64,000 bases of DNA. Source: a virus. The notes beneath the pieces are model-generated. The model saw only the letters and a list, made by a program, of their open reading frames with translations. It made no database searches and was not told the origin of the DNA. The stretch covers positions 1 through 64,000 of the IMG/VR virus record IMGVR_UViG_3300028027_000057; one strand, written 5' to 3'. Position numbers and translations under genes: made by a program. This document shows positions 23,923 to 33,849 of the stretch, in pieces (positions within the stretch are counted from its first letter, which is position 1; every line of letters starts with the position of its first letter).

Positions 23923-24685
23923 GATATCGTTTGTGTTAAAACAACATAAGAAAGGCTTATCGCGTAAACAAATCGCTAAGTTATTTAATGAGAGATATGA
24001 CACTAATCGTAGCCAAGATTCAATTAAACATTGTATCGACACTCACGGATTAGATATTGAAAAAGATATAAAACGCGTTTTGATTATTGATATTGAGACA
24101 AGGAGTCTCGTAGTCAAAACATGGGGACTGTTTGACCAGAATATAGGACTTAATCAGGTCGTAGAAGATGGCGGAATACTGAGCTGGTCGGCTAAATGGA
24201 TCGGGGAAGACACAGTTCTATACAAAGACGTTAAGGGTGATAAGTCAAAAGAGAAAGAGTTACTAGCTCCACTCTGGAAGTTAATGGACGACGCTGATAT
24301 TTTAATTGGTCAAAATTCTAACTCATTCGATATTAAAAAACTTAATGCTAAATTTCTAGAATATAACCTAGGTTGCCCTAGTGAGTATAAGAAAATCGAT
24401 ACATTGAGAATGGCTAGAAAGCATTACGGGTTCCTCAGTAATAAACTAGAATATTTATCCAAGAAATTATGTACTATTAAAAAGCTAGCTCATAGTAAAT
24501 TCCCGGGGTTCTCTTTATGGGATCAGTGTGAGAAAGGTAATAAAGAAGCTTGGAAAGAAATGAAGATATATAACATGGCAGACGTTTCAGCAACGGAAGA
24601 ACTATTTTTAAAGCTATCAGAATTTGATAAAACAGTCCCAACAACTGACGCTTTGCGGGCATACAAAGCCGCTAAAAAGAAGTAA
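23894..24685 (+). CDS. HTH + DnaQ/RNase H-like 3'-5' exonuclease
   Basis: N-terminal W...E...GLSRKQIA; IIDIET, GQN..SFD and YN.ADV. Confidence 0.8.
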   Translation: MKKNPWLKTEISFVLKQHKKGLSRKQIAKLFNERYDTNRSQDSIKHCIDTHGLDIEKDIKRVLIIDIETRSLVVKTWGLFDQNIGLNQVVEDGGILSWSAKWIGEDTVLYKDVKGDKSKEKELLAPLWKLMDDADILIGQNSNSFDIKKLNAKFLEYNLGCPSEYKKIDTLRMARKHYGFLSNKLEYLSKKLCTIKKLAHSKFPGFSLWDQCEKGNKEAWKEMKIYNMADVSATEELFLKLSEFDKTVPTTDALRAYKAAKKK

Positions 24686-24688
24686 CCT

Positions 24689-25027
24689 ATGTCTAGTATT
24701 GTAATCAATGTTAAAGGTCGGGACTGGACCTTTATACTAATGACCGATAAGCGATTTGATAAGGTACATAATAGTAGCGGTGAATCTGCCGCTGTTGCTA
24801 TGACAATGACTACTACATACGAATGTCACTTCCGTAAGTCAGACTGGGACCTCGTTGCAATTAGACACGAATTACTGCATGTGTTATATAACATGGGACT
24901 TAGTAGTTCAGCCGAGTTGACCCCAGAACAAGTTCAAGAAGTATGTGCAGAAATTGTTGCACATCACACGCCAGATATAGTATTATGGACAGATAGGATT
25001 TGTGAAAGATTTTTAGGGAGGGAATAG
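24689..25027 (+). CDS. Small HExxH metallopeptidase-like protein
   Basis: IRHELLH...E. Confidence 0.55.
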   Translation: MSSIVINVKGRDWTFILMTDKRFDKVHNSSGESAAVAMTMTTTYECHFRKSDWDLVAIRHELLHVLYNMGLSSSAELTPEQVQEVCAEIVAHHTPDIVLWTDRICERFLGRE

Positions 25028-25705
25028 ATGTCAATTATATGTTTAGCTGGAAAAGCTGGAAGCGGCAAAGATACATTCGCTGATGTTTTAGTCAAAAACT
25101 ACAACTATACTAGAATCGCATTAGCTGATCCATTACGTGAACTTTGTTCAAAAGTATTCCGTATAGATTACAATAGCTTCTTAGATCAAGATAAGAAAGA
25201 TAATTCTATTCCGGGAGGAAGAGTTATTCTAGATTTCCATCATATTGATAAGATACGAGAATACATTCTTAAGGAATGGGATTATGAATTAACCAATGAT
25301 CAACGTGACAACATCGAGGAATGGCATGGAGAAGAATTTAGAACGCCGAGGGATATTCTCAGATGTGTTGGTACTAGGCTACTGCGTGAGCACGTTAGTG
25401 ATACTATCTGGCTTGACTTGGCTATGTCTACGATACGAAAAACCGGAGGAAAGATTATTGTAACAGATTGTCGGTTTGAAAATGAACGAGAAATGTTTGC
25501 TAAATGTGGAGCACTCTTAGTATTAATTAAACGCAATGATGATGGTGACTCAACTCAACATGAGTTCAATCTAGGATCAGAAGACTCATATGATGTTATA
25601 TTTGATAACGCCGGCACGCTAAACGAGTTTCAGTCTAATGTCAATATGTGGTATAAGCTTAGGTCAAATGACCTAGAATTTTACAAGGTGTTTAAATATG
25701 AATAA
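25028..25705 (+). CDS. Deoxynucleoside monophosphate kinase
   Basis: GKAGSGKDT, ADPLR, R..L...G and TDCRFENE. Confidence 0.85.
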   Translation: MSIICLAGKAGSGKDTFADVLVKNYNYTRIALADPLRELCSKVFRIDYNSFLDQDKKDNSIPGGRVILDFHHIDKIREYILKEWDYELTNDQRDNIEEWHGEEFRTPRDILRCVGTRLLREHVSDTIWLDLAMSTIRKTGGKIIVTDCRFENEREMFAKCGALLVLIKRNDDGDSTQHEFNLGSEDSYDVIFDNAGTLNEFQSNVNMWYKLRSNDLEFYKVFKYE

Positions 25706-25837
25706 TTATAGTAATAATCTAAACGAACAGCTAGATAGGCTTATCGCACTAGGAACTGACTTGATAGTGAACGGAGAGTGCCCTTTCTGTGCCGTGCCTT
25801 GCAATGCCCCACATTGTCCATATACAAAGGAAGAGAA

Positions 25838-26260
25838 ATGAAAGTTAAAATAATGCCATTAGATTACGCACATATTCCTTCATACGCTAAAGAAGGGGAT
25901 GCAGGATTAGACCTAACTGCAATATCAAAAGAAGAAAATGGTCTTTATGTAGAATATGGAACTGGTTTAGCTATTGAAATACCGGAGGGTTATGTCGGAT
26001 TACTTTACCCTCGCAGCTCTATATCTAAGTATCATTTGGTGCTGGCAAACTCTGTAGGAGTTATTGATTCTAATTATCGTGGAGAAATCAAGCTGAGATT
26101 CAAGAAAACCGTTGACAACCTATACGAAAATCTATATAATGTTGGAGACAGGGTAGGTCAATTGATAATTATGCCTTATCCTAGTATTGAGTTAGAAGTA
26201 GTTACCGAGCTAAGTGATACAACCCGCGGACAATCAGGTTTTGGTTCGTCCGGTAAATAG
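25838..26260 (+). CDS. dut: Trimeric dUTPase
   Basis: AGLDL, PRSS, GVIDSNYRGEI and RGQSGFGSSG; likely start ATG 25838. Confidence 0.95.
   Translation: MKVKIMPLDYAHIPSYAKEGDAGLDLTAISKEENGLYVEYGTGLAIEIPEGYVGLLYPRSSISKYHLVLANSVGVIDSNYRGEIKLRFKKTVDNLYENLYNVGDRVGQLIIMPYPSIELEVVTELSDTTRGQSGFGSSGK
26112..26140 (+). promoter_or_regulatory. Perfect sigma70 consensus inside dut
   Basis: TTGACA-N17-TATAAT. Confidence 0.65.
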
Positions 26261-26266
26261 GAGTAT

Positions 26267-26539
26267 ATGGCAAGACCTTCAGATCGAGAATACGAACTTA
26301 AGCGTCAAATCAAAGAACTAAAGGAACAAAACCATAGATTAGAAGACGAGATCAAGAAACTAAAGAAAGGGTTAGAAAAGCTAGAAGTTAAAGACCCAGA
26401 CACTAAAAAGAAGCCCGGAAAGGTTATAGTTAAGCCTTGTCCAGACTGCGGAAAAGAAATAAGAGTAACAGATTTACCACATGCCAAGATGGAATTATGT
26501 AGCGCAGGGTGTGGATTTAGACAAGTGAGGAACAAATGA
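26267..26539 (+). CDS. Coiled-coil + Zn-ribbon protein
   Basis: Heptad N-terminus; CPDC...C..GC. Confidence 0.6.
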   Translation: MARPSDREYELKRQIKELKEQNHRLEDEIKKLKKGLEKLEVKDPDTKKKPGKVIVKPCPDCGKEIRVTDLPHAKMELCSAGCGFRQVRNK

Positions 26540-26736
26540 AAACTGGAATAATTGTATTTATATTAATAATGATGGTTGTATTTGCAACCGCTACTGTAAT
26601 ATCAATAGCTGCATCATATGCACGATGGTGTCATTATTCCTTTGGAGAACCTACTGGACTAATAATTTTTATGGCTCCATTTATATTAGTTATTTCAGTA
26701 GTGTTTGGAATAGTTACGGAAAAAATGGATAAATAA
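26536..26736 (+). CDS. Small 2-TM membrane protein
   Basis: Two hydrophobic helices. Confidence 0.55.
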   Translation: MKTGIIVFILIMMVVFATATVISIAASYARWCHYSFGEPTGLIIFMAPFILVISVVFGIVTEKMDK

Positions 26737-27194
26737 TGGCTGAGTTCGATGAAAATAAATCAAGTAGGGTAGTTGCCAAGAAAGCTAAGGGCAAACAAAC
26801 GCTATCTACATTTATCAAAGGCTTACTACGACGTGGCTCATTCCACTGGAGAGCACGTACAGAGGCTATGACTGCTGCCAGAGTTGAGCGTGGGAAGTAC
26901 AAGTGTGCTACCTGCGAAGACTTATTTGGACCAAAAGAAGTCGCACTAGACCATATCCAACCAGTGGTAGACCCTAAGGCTGGATTTACAACGTGGGATG
27001 ATTATATCGCTCGGTTGTTTTGTGCAGCAGAAGGGTTCCAAGTGATCTGCAATTCATGTCATGACGCAAAGACCCTGATAGAAGATCAGATGCGAGAACA
27101 TTACAAAGCAGAGAAAGAGAACGCACCGGACTTTACATCAGACAAGAAATATACAAAGAAGAAAAAGCTTGACAAACAAGCAAAGGTAGAGTAA
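26736..27194 (+). CDS. HNH endonuclease-like protein
   Basis: CATC...LDHI.P...QVIC..CH..KT. Confidence 0.75.
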   Translation: MAEFDENKSSRVVAKKAKGKQTLSTFIKGLLRRGSFHWRARTEAMTAARVERGKYKCATCEDLFGPKEVALDHIQPVVDPKAGFTTWDDYIARLFCAAEGFQVICNSCHDAKTLIEDQMREHYKAEKENAPDFTSDKKYTKKKKLDKQAKVE

Positions 27195-27195
27195 C

Positions 27196-27456
27196 ATGGA
27201 AATACTAGCAGCGGTTATCGGAGCAATTGGCGGACTATTTTTATTCAGTCAAGTTGCAAAATATAACACAAACAAGAAACAAGCAGAGTTAGAAAGTGCC
27301 GTGAAGGAAATTAAAGCCAGAGCGGACGATTTAACTAAAGCTAACGCTGTTAAAGACAAAGAAACACAGGATAAGATTAATGCTATCACTGATGAACAAA
27401 CTAAAGCTATTGACGTTAACGACCTTGTTAATTGGTTTAACGACCGCAAACACTAA
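27196..27456 (+). CDS. N-terminal TM + coiled-coil protein (i-spanin-like)
   Basis: TM helix then alpha-helical region; overlaps the next gene. Confidence 0.45.
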   Translation: MEILAAVIGAIGGLFLFSQVAKYNTNKKQAELESAVKEIKARADDLTKANAVKDKETQDKINAITDEQTKAIDVNDLVNWFNDRKH

Positions 27457-27781
27457 GGCAGAAGATGCTATTTATCTCCAAAAAGACAAGCCGGCTCCTT
27501 TTACTGGAATACTTTTCCCTGAGCAACAAGCTAGACAACTTCGCAACGATCTCCTTGAGGCAAGCAAGGTCTCTTTACAACTCGAGAATGAGAGATTCAA
27601 GATCACAAATCTACACTCTATTATTCAACTCAAAGATCAAGAAATTGAACTATATGCGAAACAAAATCAACGACTAGTCAAACAAGAACAAACGTCACAA
27701 ACAATGCAGTATGTCTGGTTCGGACTAGGAATTCTAGCGACTGGCGCTGCGGTATATGGCGCGGGGGCTTTGTCTAGATAA
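27392..27781 (+). CDS. Signal peptide + coiled coil + C-terminal TM protein (spanin-like?)
   Basis: MNKLKLLTLTTLLIG...; C-terminal WFGLGILATGAAVYG. Confidence 0.5.
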   Translation: MNKLKLLTLTTLLIGLTTANTKAEDAIYLQKDKPAPFTGILFPEQQARQLRNDLLEASKVSLQLENERFKITNLHSIIQLKDQEIELYAKQNQRLVKQEQTSQTMQYVWFGLGILATGAAVYGAGALSR

Positions 27782-28458
27782 TGAAAATCCTCCCATCTCA
27801 GCTAACATACGAACAGCTTATGTCTGTCCTAGGCGGGGATGATAGCGATGCAGACGAGCAAGTACTAGAGTCCTACAATGATGTGGTGCCTTTCCTAACA
27901 AATTACAATATAACTCCCGGTGATACTCCCGTATCTAAAAAACTCCTATATAAGCTATATCAAACCTATTCTACTGAACCTATGGACAAGCTAGCCTTTG
28001 CTAGACAAGTAGGAGAGTTTGTAGAACCTAAAGGAATGTTCTATTATCTAAACATGGATAATTTTGCAATATCTAAACACATATATATGGGACAAAATAA
28101 AATAGACAAGACAAAAAGCCTGACCTACCAAACCCATTATAATTGGTTCATTAAAGAAATAAATATGCAGCGCGGGTTAAAATGGCTAGAGGGATTTGTA
28201 TTATTCTACATATACAAAGACTTCTGTAAATCACGTAGAGTTAATCCAAAGCTAGGTTATAATAGCTTCCATAGATTCCTAAAGCTTCATTTTCAATTTA
28301 GACGAAAGAATGAGAACCGCAGCTTGTGGTTTAGAGTTGACGATAATATTTTTAATTTATTAACAGAACTAGAGAAGGATGTTTTACGTGACGCAAGAAA
28401 AAAAGAAACGGGGCGGAGTAAGAAAGAAGTCAAGCGGGACAGCGAAAAAACCACGTAG
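27781..28458 (+). CDS. Hypothetical protein, possibly tandem winged-helix DNA-binding domains
   Basis: Two LY..Y..F-type repeats; basic tail. Confidence 0.5.
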   Translation: MKILPSQLTYEQLMSVLGGDDSDADEQVLESYNDVVPFLTNYNITPGDTPVSKKLLYKLYQTYSTEPMDKLAFARQVGEFVEPKGMFYYLNMDNFAISKHIYMGQNKIDKTKSLTYQTHYNWFIKEINMQRGLKWLEGFVLFYIYKDFCKSRRVNPKLGYNSFHRFLKLHFQFRRKNENRSLWFRVDDNIFNLLTELEKDVLRDARKKETGRSKKEVKRDSEKTT

Positions 28459-28801
28459 ATCGGATTTTGACTATCCCTATCTAGAACCATCCGTTGCGCT
28501 ATTAAAACGCAGAGACGAGGTTATAGACGTTGCTAGCTATGCAAACCAGTTAACTCCAGACGAGAAAGCATGGATGAATCAATTCATGAAAGAGTATAAT
28601 GATGCAGACACAGCAACTGCGGTATTTCATACTGACGCTAAAACTCGTAAGATTTGTAATGATAGGAATAATGCTAGAAACCGTTGTTGGTATACTGAAG
28701 AAGCTGCGGCGAATAGATTGAATTTAGTGGAGTCGGACTATGAAATGGAACGATTAATTTATTCTACTGACCCATCAACTTCCGAAGACGAGCCATCTTA
28801 G
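28379..28801 (+). CDS. Hypothetical protein, last gene of the + strand arm
   Basis: ORF track; converges on the - strand arm. Confidence 0.55.
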   Translation: MFYVTQEKKKRGGVRKKSSGTAKKPRRSDFDYPYLEPSVALLKRRDEVIDVASYANQLTPDEKAWMNQFMKEYNDADTATAVFHTDAKTRKICNDRNNARNRCWYTEEAAANRLNLVESDYEMERLIYSTDPSTSEDEPS

Positions 28802-29603
28802 CAGGGGATTTATTATATGATTTACGCGCTTTGTCTTCTACTAATAACTGTTTCTCTTCTTCTGCTGACTCTCCAACGTCGTCGGCCTCAGAAAGTCCGG
28901 GTACGGCGGCAGAGGCATCCTGTGACAACAAAGCAGCGGCGACACCTAAGACGGGCATACCCTTTAAAAGACGAGGAAGGTTAGCCTGAGCTACTGTAGC
29001 CCCTCGTTTTAATCCATGGTGACCTTTAAGTAATAATTCTTTTAGGTCATTAATGTCTGCAGATTTTACTAGTTCTCTCATCTTTTTAGGATCAAGAATT
29101 CTTCCCATATCATCAACTAGATCAGTTGACAAACTCTTAAGTTTCTTATTAGTTTTAGGTCCGGGTAATAATTCGTCAGTATCTCCATAATCTTTATTAG
29201 CAAAATCTCTAGCATGGAGGTTTTCATGTAATACAGTAGACGCAAAATCCTCAGTTGTTCCTTTAGGGTTTAAAGTTATCTTACCTCTAGAAGGATCGAA
29301 CACTCCAAAGTCTTTCATACTAGGATCAATCTGTATAATCTTTTTAACGTCGGGAGTGAATTGATTAGTTAGTTCATGAGCAAAATCAGTCATCTGGGCA
29401 CTAGAACTTCCTTTATTAGGAATCTTACCTTTAAACTGTTCCAATGCTGCACTACCTAGTGCTTGTTCTTGTAGGTTATTAGCACGATATGAATCATCAA
29501 TAAAGTTACCTGATCTCTTCATATAAGGATCAAGATCGAATTCGCCTTTCTCTGCGTTCTTACGAATAGCGTCTAGAATGAGTTTTCTTTGTGCTTCGTC
29601 CAC
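28764..29603 (-). CDS. Putative virion protein with HExxH motif
   Basis: G.F...I.LNP...TVLHENLH; last gene of the late arm. Confidence 0.55.
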   Translation of the reverse strand: MDEAQRKLILDAIRKNAEKGEFDLDPYMKRSGNFIDDSYRANNLQEQALGSAALEQFKGKIPNKGSSSAQMTDFAHELTNQFTPDVKKIIQIDPSMKDFGVFDPSRGKITLNPKGTTEDFASTVLHENLHARDFANKDYGDTDELLPGPKTNKKLKSLSTDLVDDMGRILDPKKMRELVKSADINDLKELLLKGHHGLKRGATVAQANLPRLLKGMPVLGVAAALLSQDASAAVPGLSEADDVGESAEEEKQLLVEDKARKSYNKSPAKMARLRKLMGQ

Positions 29604-30004
29604 TATTCAGCCTTAGGGGGTTCAATATTGTCATTGATAGACCCGAGTTTGTCGATAAGTGATTTAAAGATTGGACTACCATTAATTGTATTTAGATTTT
29701 CAAGAAGACTTGCCATTTCTACAACAGCGATAAGACCAGAACATATTTTAGAGATTGGGAGGAATCCATCTAGCATATACGTTTCAGCTAGGAATCCTAA
29801 TAGTATTGCTGCGTTATAGACAAAGCATTTTGTTACAGTGCGTCTTAATCCAGCCGAAGTAATCTGCTGGCCCTTCTTTTTTGCTGCCCAGATTCCTGTA
29901 ATCAGGTCAAAGAATATAAGTAAACCAGTTACTAATATAACAGCTTTAATAGGAGCAAATACAGCAAGTGTTGAAACTACAATACCAACTAACCAGTCTT
30001 TCAT
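29603..30004 (-). CDS. Holin (phage holin family 4-like)
   Basis: TM helices; D.ITG..AA...G..I.S.GLRR...K and E..S..EN. Confidence 0.75.
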   Translation of the reverse strand: MKDWLVGIVVSTLAVFAPIKAVILVTGLLIFFDLITGIWAAKKKGQQITSAGLRRTVTKCFVYNAAILLGFLAETYMLDGFLPISKICSGLIAVVEMASLLENLNTINGSPIFKSLIDKLGSINDNIEPPKAE

Positions 30005-30013
30005 TACATTCCC

Positions 30014-32053
30014 TTATTCCTCTTCGTCTTTTAAGTCATCGGCATTTATAAATAGTTTAGCATTTGGATTTTGCATAATTGTAAAGATAGCGGCATTCTT
30101 TTTAGGAGAGTTACCACTTGCGATTGCTTCGGTTAAAGCTTTGCCCATGGAACTTAAACCCGGCGTTGTTTCTAGCTGAGAAGCCAAGTTTTTGAGATAT
30201 TGTTCTGGAGCTTTAAATATTTTACGTGAAACATCAACACCAGATGTAATCTGAGGTGCTAATGATTTAGAAAGTTTACCAGCGTGATAAGCAATAGAAG
30301 TAGGAGCTTTACCGATAACCCATTCCTTAATGTCAGGAACAAGTGATCTACCTTGAGTAGTAGCACGAGAAGAACTACGTAACACTGAATCATCCGACGC
30401 GCTTAATACGAGTTTACGGACTTGTTCAGCATCTGGTATAACTTTCTGTATATTAGGATTTTCAGCGGCACGGCTAACTTCTTTCTTCTGGAAATCACCT
30501 AGAGCTTCCATGAACTTAACAAACGAAGTCCTAGAGGGCTGAGACGCAGCGTCATCGCGCTGAACGTTCTTAATCATGTCATCAATACTTCCATATAACT
30601 TATTCTCAGCATCATTCAACTTGCCGTAGAACTTATTAGTAACTTCTACAGGGCGGTCTCTTGAAACAACTTGCTCAAGTACATTACGGAAGTTCTCAAA
30701 TCTTTCAGCAGCAAACCTGTATTCAGGCACTTCTTTCTTCAACGATTGTGAAATACTAGAACGAAAACGCATAAGCTCTGAAAGAGTAGAAGCATCTTGT
30801 GGGGTTTTATTTGTAGCAGATTTGAATACACCAATACTAGCATCAATATCATCAATAAGAGTTTTAAGCTCTAGTGGGTTTAATTGTTGTTGTCTATTTA
30901 GTATTTTATCATACGCAGCGGCGCTTCGTCTAGAAGTTCCTAGCTCTGGAATAGTCTCAGCAAGTTCGGCAATACGAGCCCCAGCTGCTTCAATGTCAGG
31001 ACTGATATTTACAAGTCTACCTGACTCAGTAGCTGTTTTTAAACTATTTCCAACTTCCTGACCTAATTTACCGTCGGCTTCTCCTAACTGACCAAGGACA
31101 GAGTTAACTGCCTTTTCATCCCTTAACGCAAATGCCTCAGGTCCAGCTTTAATATCTTGAGCATGAGAACGGGGATGAATTCCTAGTTCCTGTCCATACT
31201 CTTTATATGCTTTTGCAATTTGACGTAATCTAGGCTGACTTTCATCAGTAAAAGCGCCTGAAATTTTATTACCTACAGATTCAATTTTTTTACTAACACT
31301 AGGAATAGCTATATCTGAAACAGCTTGAACGCCTAACATAGCAGGCAATCCGAAAGCCATACCACCGGCAACATCTGCAGCAACGCCCATTGGATTAGCG
31401 TTCTCACCAATTAACTGTTCTTTAGAAGTAGCAGCTAATTCTGGTATCATAAGAGGAAGAGATTGTGCGTATGATTTTCCACCACGAGCTAATAATTCTA
31501 AGGCAGCTTTTGACTTCCCAGAATCTTTAGCAATGTCAGTAATTGATTTAATATTCTTAGCACCAGTTCCGACCCCAAGAGTAGAACCTAATATCGAACC
31601 GCCAGTCATACCACCGGCTAATTGACCGGCTATGTTAGCAACAGGAGAACGAGCTTCTGACTCTTCCTGTGCTTTTTCTGAAGCTTGTTGATAGCCTCTA
31701 TACTTCTGTAGAAATGATTCTTCAGGAACTTGAAAGCCCTGTTCTTTAAGTTGAGCATCGACTGCGGCAGGACCAATCCCGAGTTTACCTAAACCAGTTT
31801 CAATTCCAGCTCCAATCATACCACCAAGCTCATCCATAGTTCCCATAGATAAACCTTGAGCAGCCCCAACAGAAAAGTCTTCAGCTGTTTCTAAAGCTGG
31901 AGATACCATTTCAGAAGCAGATTGTCCCATACGTTGTAAAAACGAAGGACGTTCTTCTATTGGTGCGGCAGAACTTGAAGCGGCTGCTTCAAACTCGTCG
32001 TCAAAAGTAGATTGAGGTGCTTCATCGAATTCGTCATCAAATGAATTGGCCAT
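30014..32053 (-). CDS. Internal virion/ejection-like protein (679 aa)
   Basis: Acidic FDDEF N-terminal repeat, Gly/Ala-rich membrane-like stretches, helical; position after tail genes. Confidence 0.5.
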   Translation of the reverse strand: MANSFDDEFDEAPQSTFDDEFEAAASSSAAPIEERPSFLQRMGQSASEMVSPALETAEDFSVGAAQGLSMGTMDELGGMIGAGIETGLGKLGIGPAAVDAQLKEQGFQVPEESFLQKYRGYQQASEKAQEESEARSPVANIAGQLAGGMTGGSILGSTLGVGTGAKNIKSITDIAKDSGKSKAALELLARGGKSYAQSLPLMIPELAATSKEQLIGENANPMGVAADVAGGMAFGLPAMLGVQAVSDIAIPSVSKKIESVGNKISGAFTDESQPRLRQIAKAYKEYGQELGIHPRSHAQDIKAGPEAFALRDEKAVNSVLGQLGEADGKLGQEVGNSLKTATESGRLVNISPDIEAAGARIAELAETIPELGTSRRSAAAYDKILNRQQQLNPLELKTLIDDIDASIGVFKSATNKTPQDASTLSELMRFRSSISQSLKKEVPEYRFAAERFENFRNVLEQVVSRDRPVEVTNKFYGKLNDAENKLYGSIDDMIKNVQRDDAASQPSRTSFVKFMEALGDFQKKEVSRAAENPNIQKVIPDAEQVRKLVLSASDDSVLRSSSRATTQGRSLVPDIKEWVIGKAPTSIAYHAGKLSKSLAPQITSGVDVSRKIFKAPEQYLKNLASQLETTPGLSSMGKALTEAIASGNSPKKNAAIFTIMQNPNAKLFINADDLKDEEE

Positions 32054-33846
32054 TATTTTACAATCTCGTATTTAGTTTTATCAATATTAGCAGCACTAGA
32101 AGCAGGCATGTCTTTAGTAAGGCCGTCTTTAATTCTGCGAACTTTTACAATTTCAGTTGTTAATCCCTGTGATTTTTGCGAGTTAGCTATCCCCACGTCG
32201 ACATCTCCATATATTGCTCGATTTAATATTTCAGGATCATATCCTTTTTCTTTACCAGCATTAACGGCATTTACCTTAGTTTTTTTAAATCTATTTTCTT
32301 GCGCTTTAGCTCCAGCTCGCATTATTTCCATAAATGAATCTCTAGTGTCCTGATCTAATAGATCGCCACCAGTAATCTGTTTTGTTCCAGATTTAATTTT
32401 GCCCCAAAGAGACATTGCTCCCTTTGATAACTGAACCTCACCCTCTCTAACTGTAGAAGATGGGTCTAATCCACTAATGAAAGAATATAGTAAACTCACA
32501 TCTTTAGCCCCGGGTGTTACGCCATTTTTTGCATCAGACATAATAGTATCTAGAGCTGAAATATTAGCTTGAGTCTTAGTAAAATCATCGTAATTTTTTT
32601 GTAGAGATTTATTATAGGTATCAATATGTTTATTTAATCCCTGTGTACTTTTATTATCGCTTAAAAATTCTCTTTGTAAGTTAGCAGCTTCTTTTCTAGC
32701 TTTTCCAGCTTCGATTGTGCTAAGTAAATTACCAATATTAACGCCTGAATTTTTTAAAGCCTGAGCAGACATAACCTGTCCGGGCTTAATAAGACCAGCT
32801 TTAGCAGCTAATTCAGCAGTAAGTTTAGATACTTCAGAGTTAGGATCGCGCATTTTAGCGTCATCACTTAGTTCTTCTTGAGCAGCTTTTAACTTCTGTT
32901 CAGAACTCTTTGTTTCCATCAAACCTTTAATATCAGATACTGGTTTTCCAGCTGTCTTCTCTAAAGCGTCTACTCCACTATAATCAGCCTTAACTTGTGA
33001 TCCAGCGCCAAGACTAGCAATAGCTGCACCAGCTTGATTTCCTGATCTTAGTAAATGATTATAGAAATCATTCTGATTAGATGATTGTTGTGCTTCTCTC
33101 ATAAGAGAAGAATAATCAGGTTGCTCAGATACAGGAGCTATCTCTTCTGTAGGTTCCTGTGGAAGCCCAGCCATTCCTTTATCAAATGTATTTTCTAGAG
33201 CTTTAAAGTCTAAACTGTCAGATTTAGGAGCTGCAATAGCAGAAGATGCCGCGCGTTTTACCGGAGTAATCATATCGGGCGCAGTAGGAGGAACTTCTTG
33301 TTTAGCGTTTGGCGCAAATGGAATTTGAGGAGATTCTTCTCCGCCCATCATACCATAGCCAAGTCCACCAAGACCTAGTGCAGCGGCAACGCCTTTCAAT
33401 CTAGGGTCCATTCTATCTATATTTACAGAACCCTGTAACTTAGAAGCTGTATCGGCTAAACTAGCAGGAGCAGCTTGGGAAGCTTTTATTCCATCAGGAG
33501 CAGGGACTTTATACTGAGCAGCTGGGGCATCATCATATGATAGACCAAGATTGGCATTATTGATATTACGTTCAGCATCAACGTAAGGAGCATTCAAAGC
33601 TCCCTTTTGTAGTTCTGCTGTTTTAGTAGCAGTTGCAATATCATCAGACGCACTTTGTAATGCATCTAGATTCTTACCGCTTCCCATAGGAACAGCAGCA
33701 TCAGCAGCTTCTCTTTGTAAATTAGCCATAGTGGCAGCTTCTGAAACTTCCTCTCCGGTCGTACCTGCTTTTTTTCCTAAAGCCTCTAAAACTTCATCAG
33801 TTGATTTACCCATTTTCTGAGCTAGAATCTGTAATATATTTGCCAT
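32053..33846 (-). CDS. Internal virion/ejection-like protein (597 aa)
   Basis: Ala-rich helical; D..L.Y.F...LDP.S.VREGE motif recalled from phage ejection proteins. Confidence 0.55.
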   Translation of the reverse strand: MANILQILAQKMGKSTDEVLEALGKKAGTTGEEVSEAATMANLQREAADAAVPMGSGKNLDALQSASDDIATATKTAELQKGALNAPYVDAERNINNANLGLSYDDAPAAQYKVPAPDGIKASQAAPASLADTASKLQGSVNIDRMDPRLKGVAAALGLGGLGYGMMGGEESPQIPFAPNAKQEVPPTAPDMITPVKRAASSAIAAPKSDSLDFKALENTFDKGMAGLPQEPTEEIAPVSEQPDYSSLMREAQQSSNQNDFYNHLLRSGNQAGAAIASLGAGSQVKADYSGVDALEKTAGKPVSDIKGLMETKSSEQKLKAAQEELSDDAKMRDPNSEVSKLTAELAAKAGLIKPGQVMSAQALKNSGVNIGNLLSTIEAGKARKEAANLQREFLSDNKSTQGLNKHIDTYNKSLQKNYDDFTKTQANISALDTIMSDAKNGVTPGAKDVSLLYSFISGLDPSSTVREGEVQLSKGAMSLWGKIKSGTKQITGGDLLDQDTRDSFMEIMRAGAKAQENRFKKTKVNAVNAGKEKGYDPEILNRAIYGDVDVGIANSQKSQGLTTEIVKVRRIKDGLTKDMPASSAANIDKTKYEIVK

Positions 33847-33849
33847 GTA

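Noticed and set aside
712-27449. Minus-strand and alternate-frame ORFs in the early arm (e.g. 712..1071, 1162..1431, 3223..3465, 6747..7097, 21018..21407)
   Set aside because: They overlap well-supported + genes and lack SDs or motifs; shadow ORFs.
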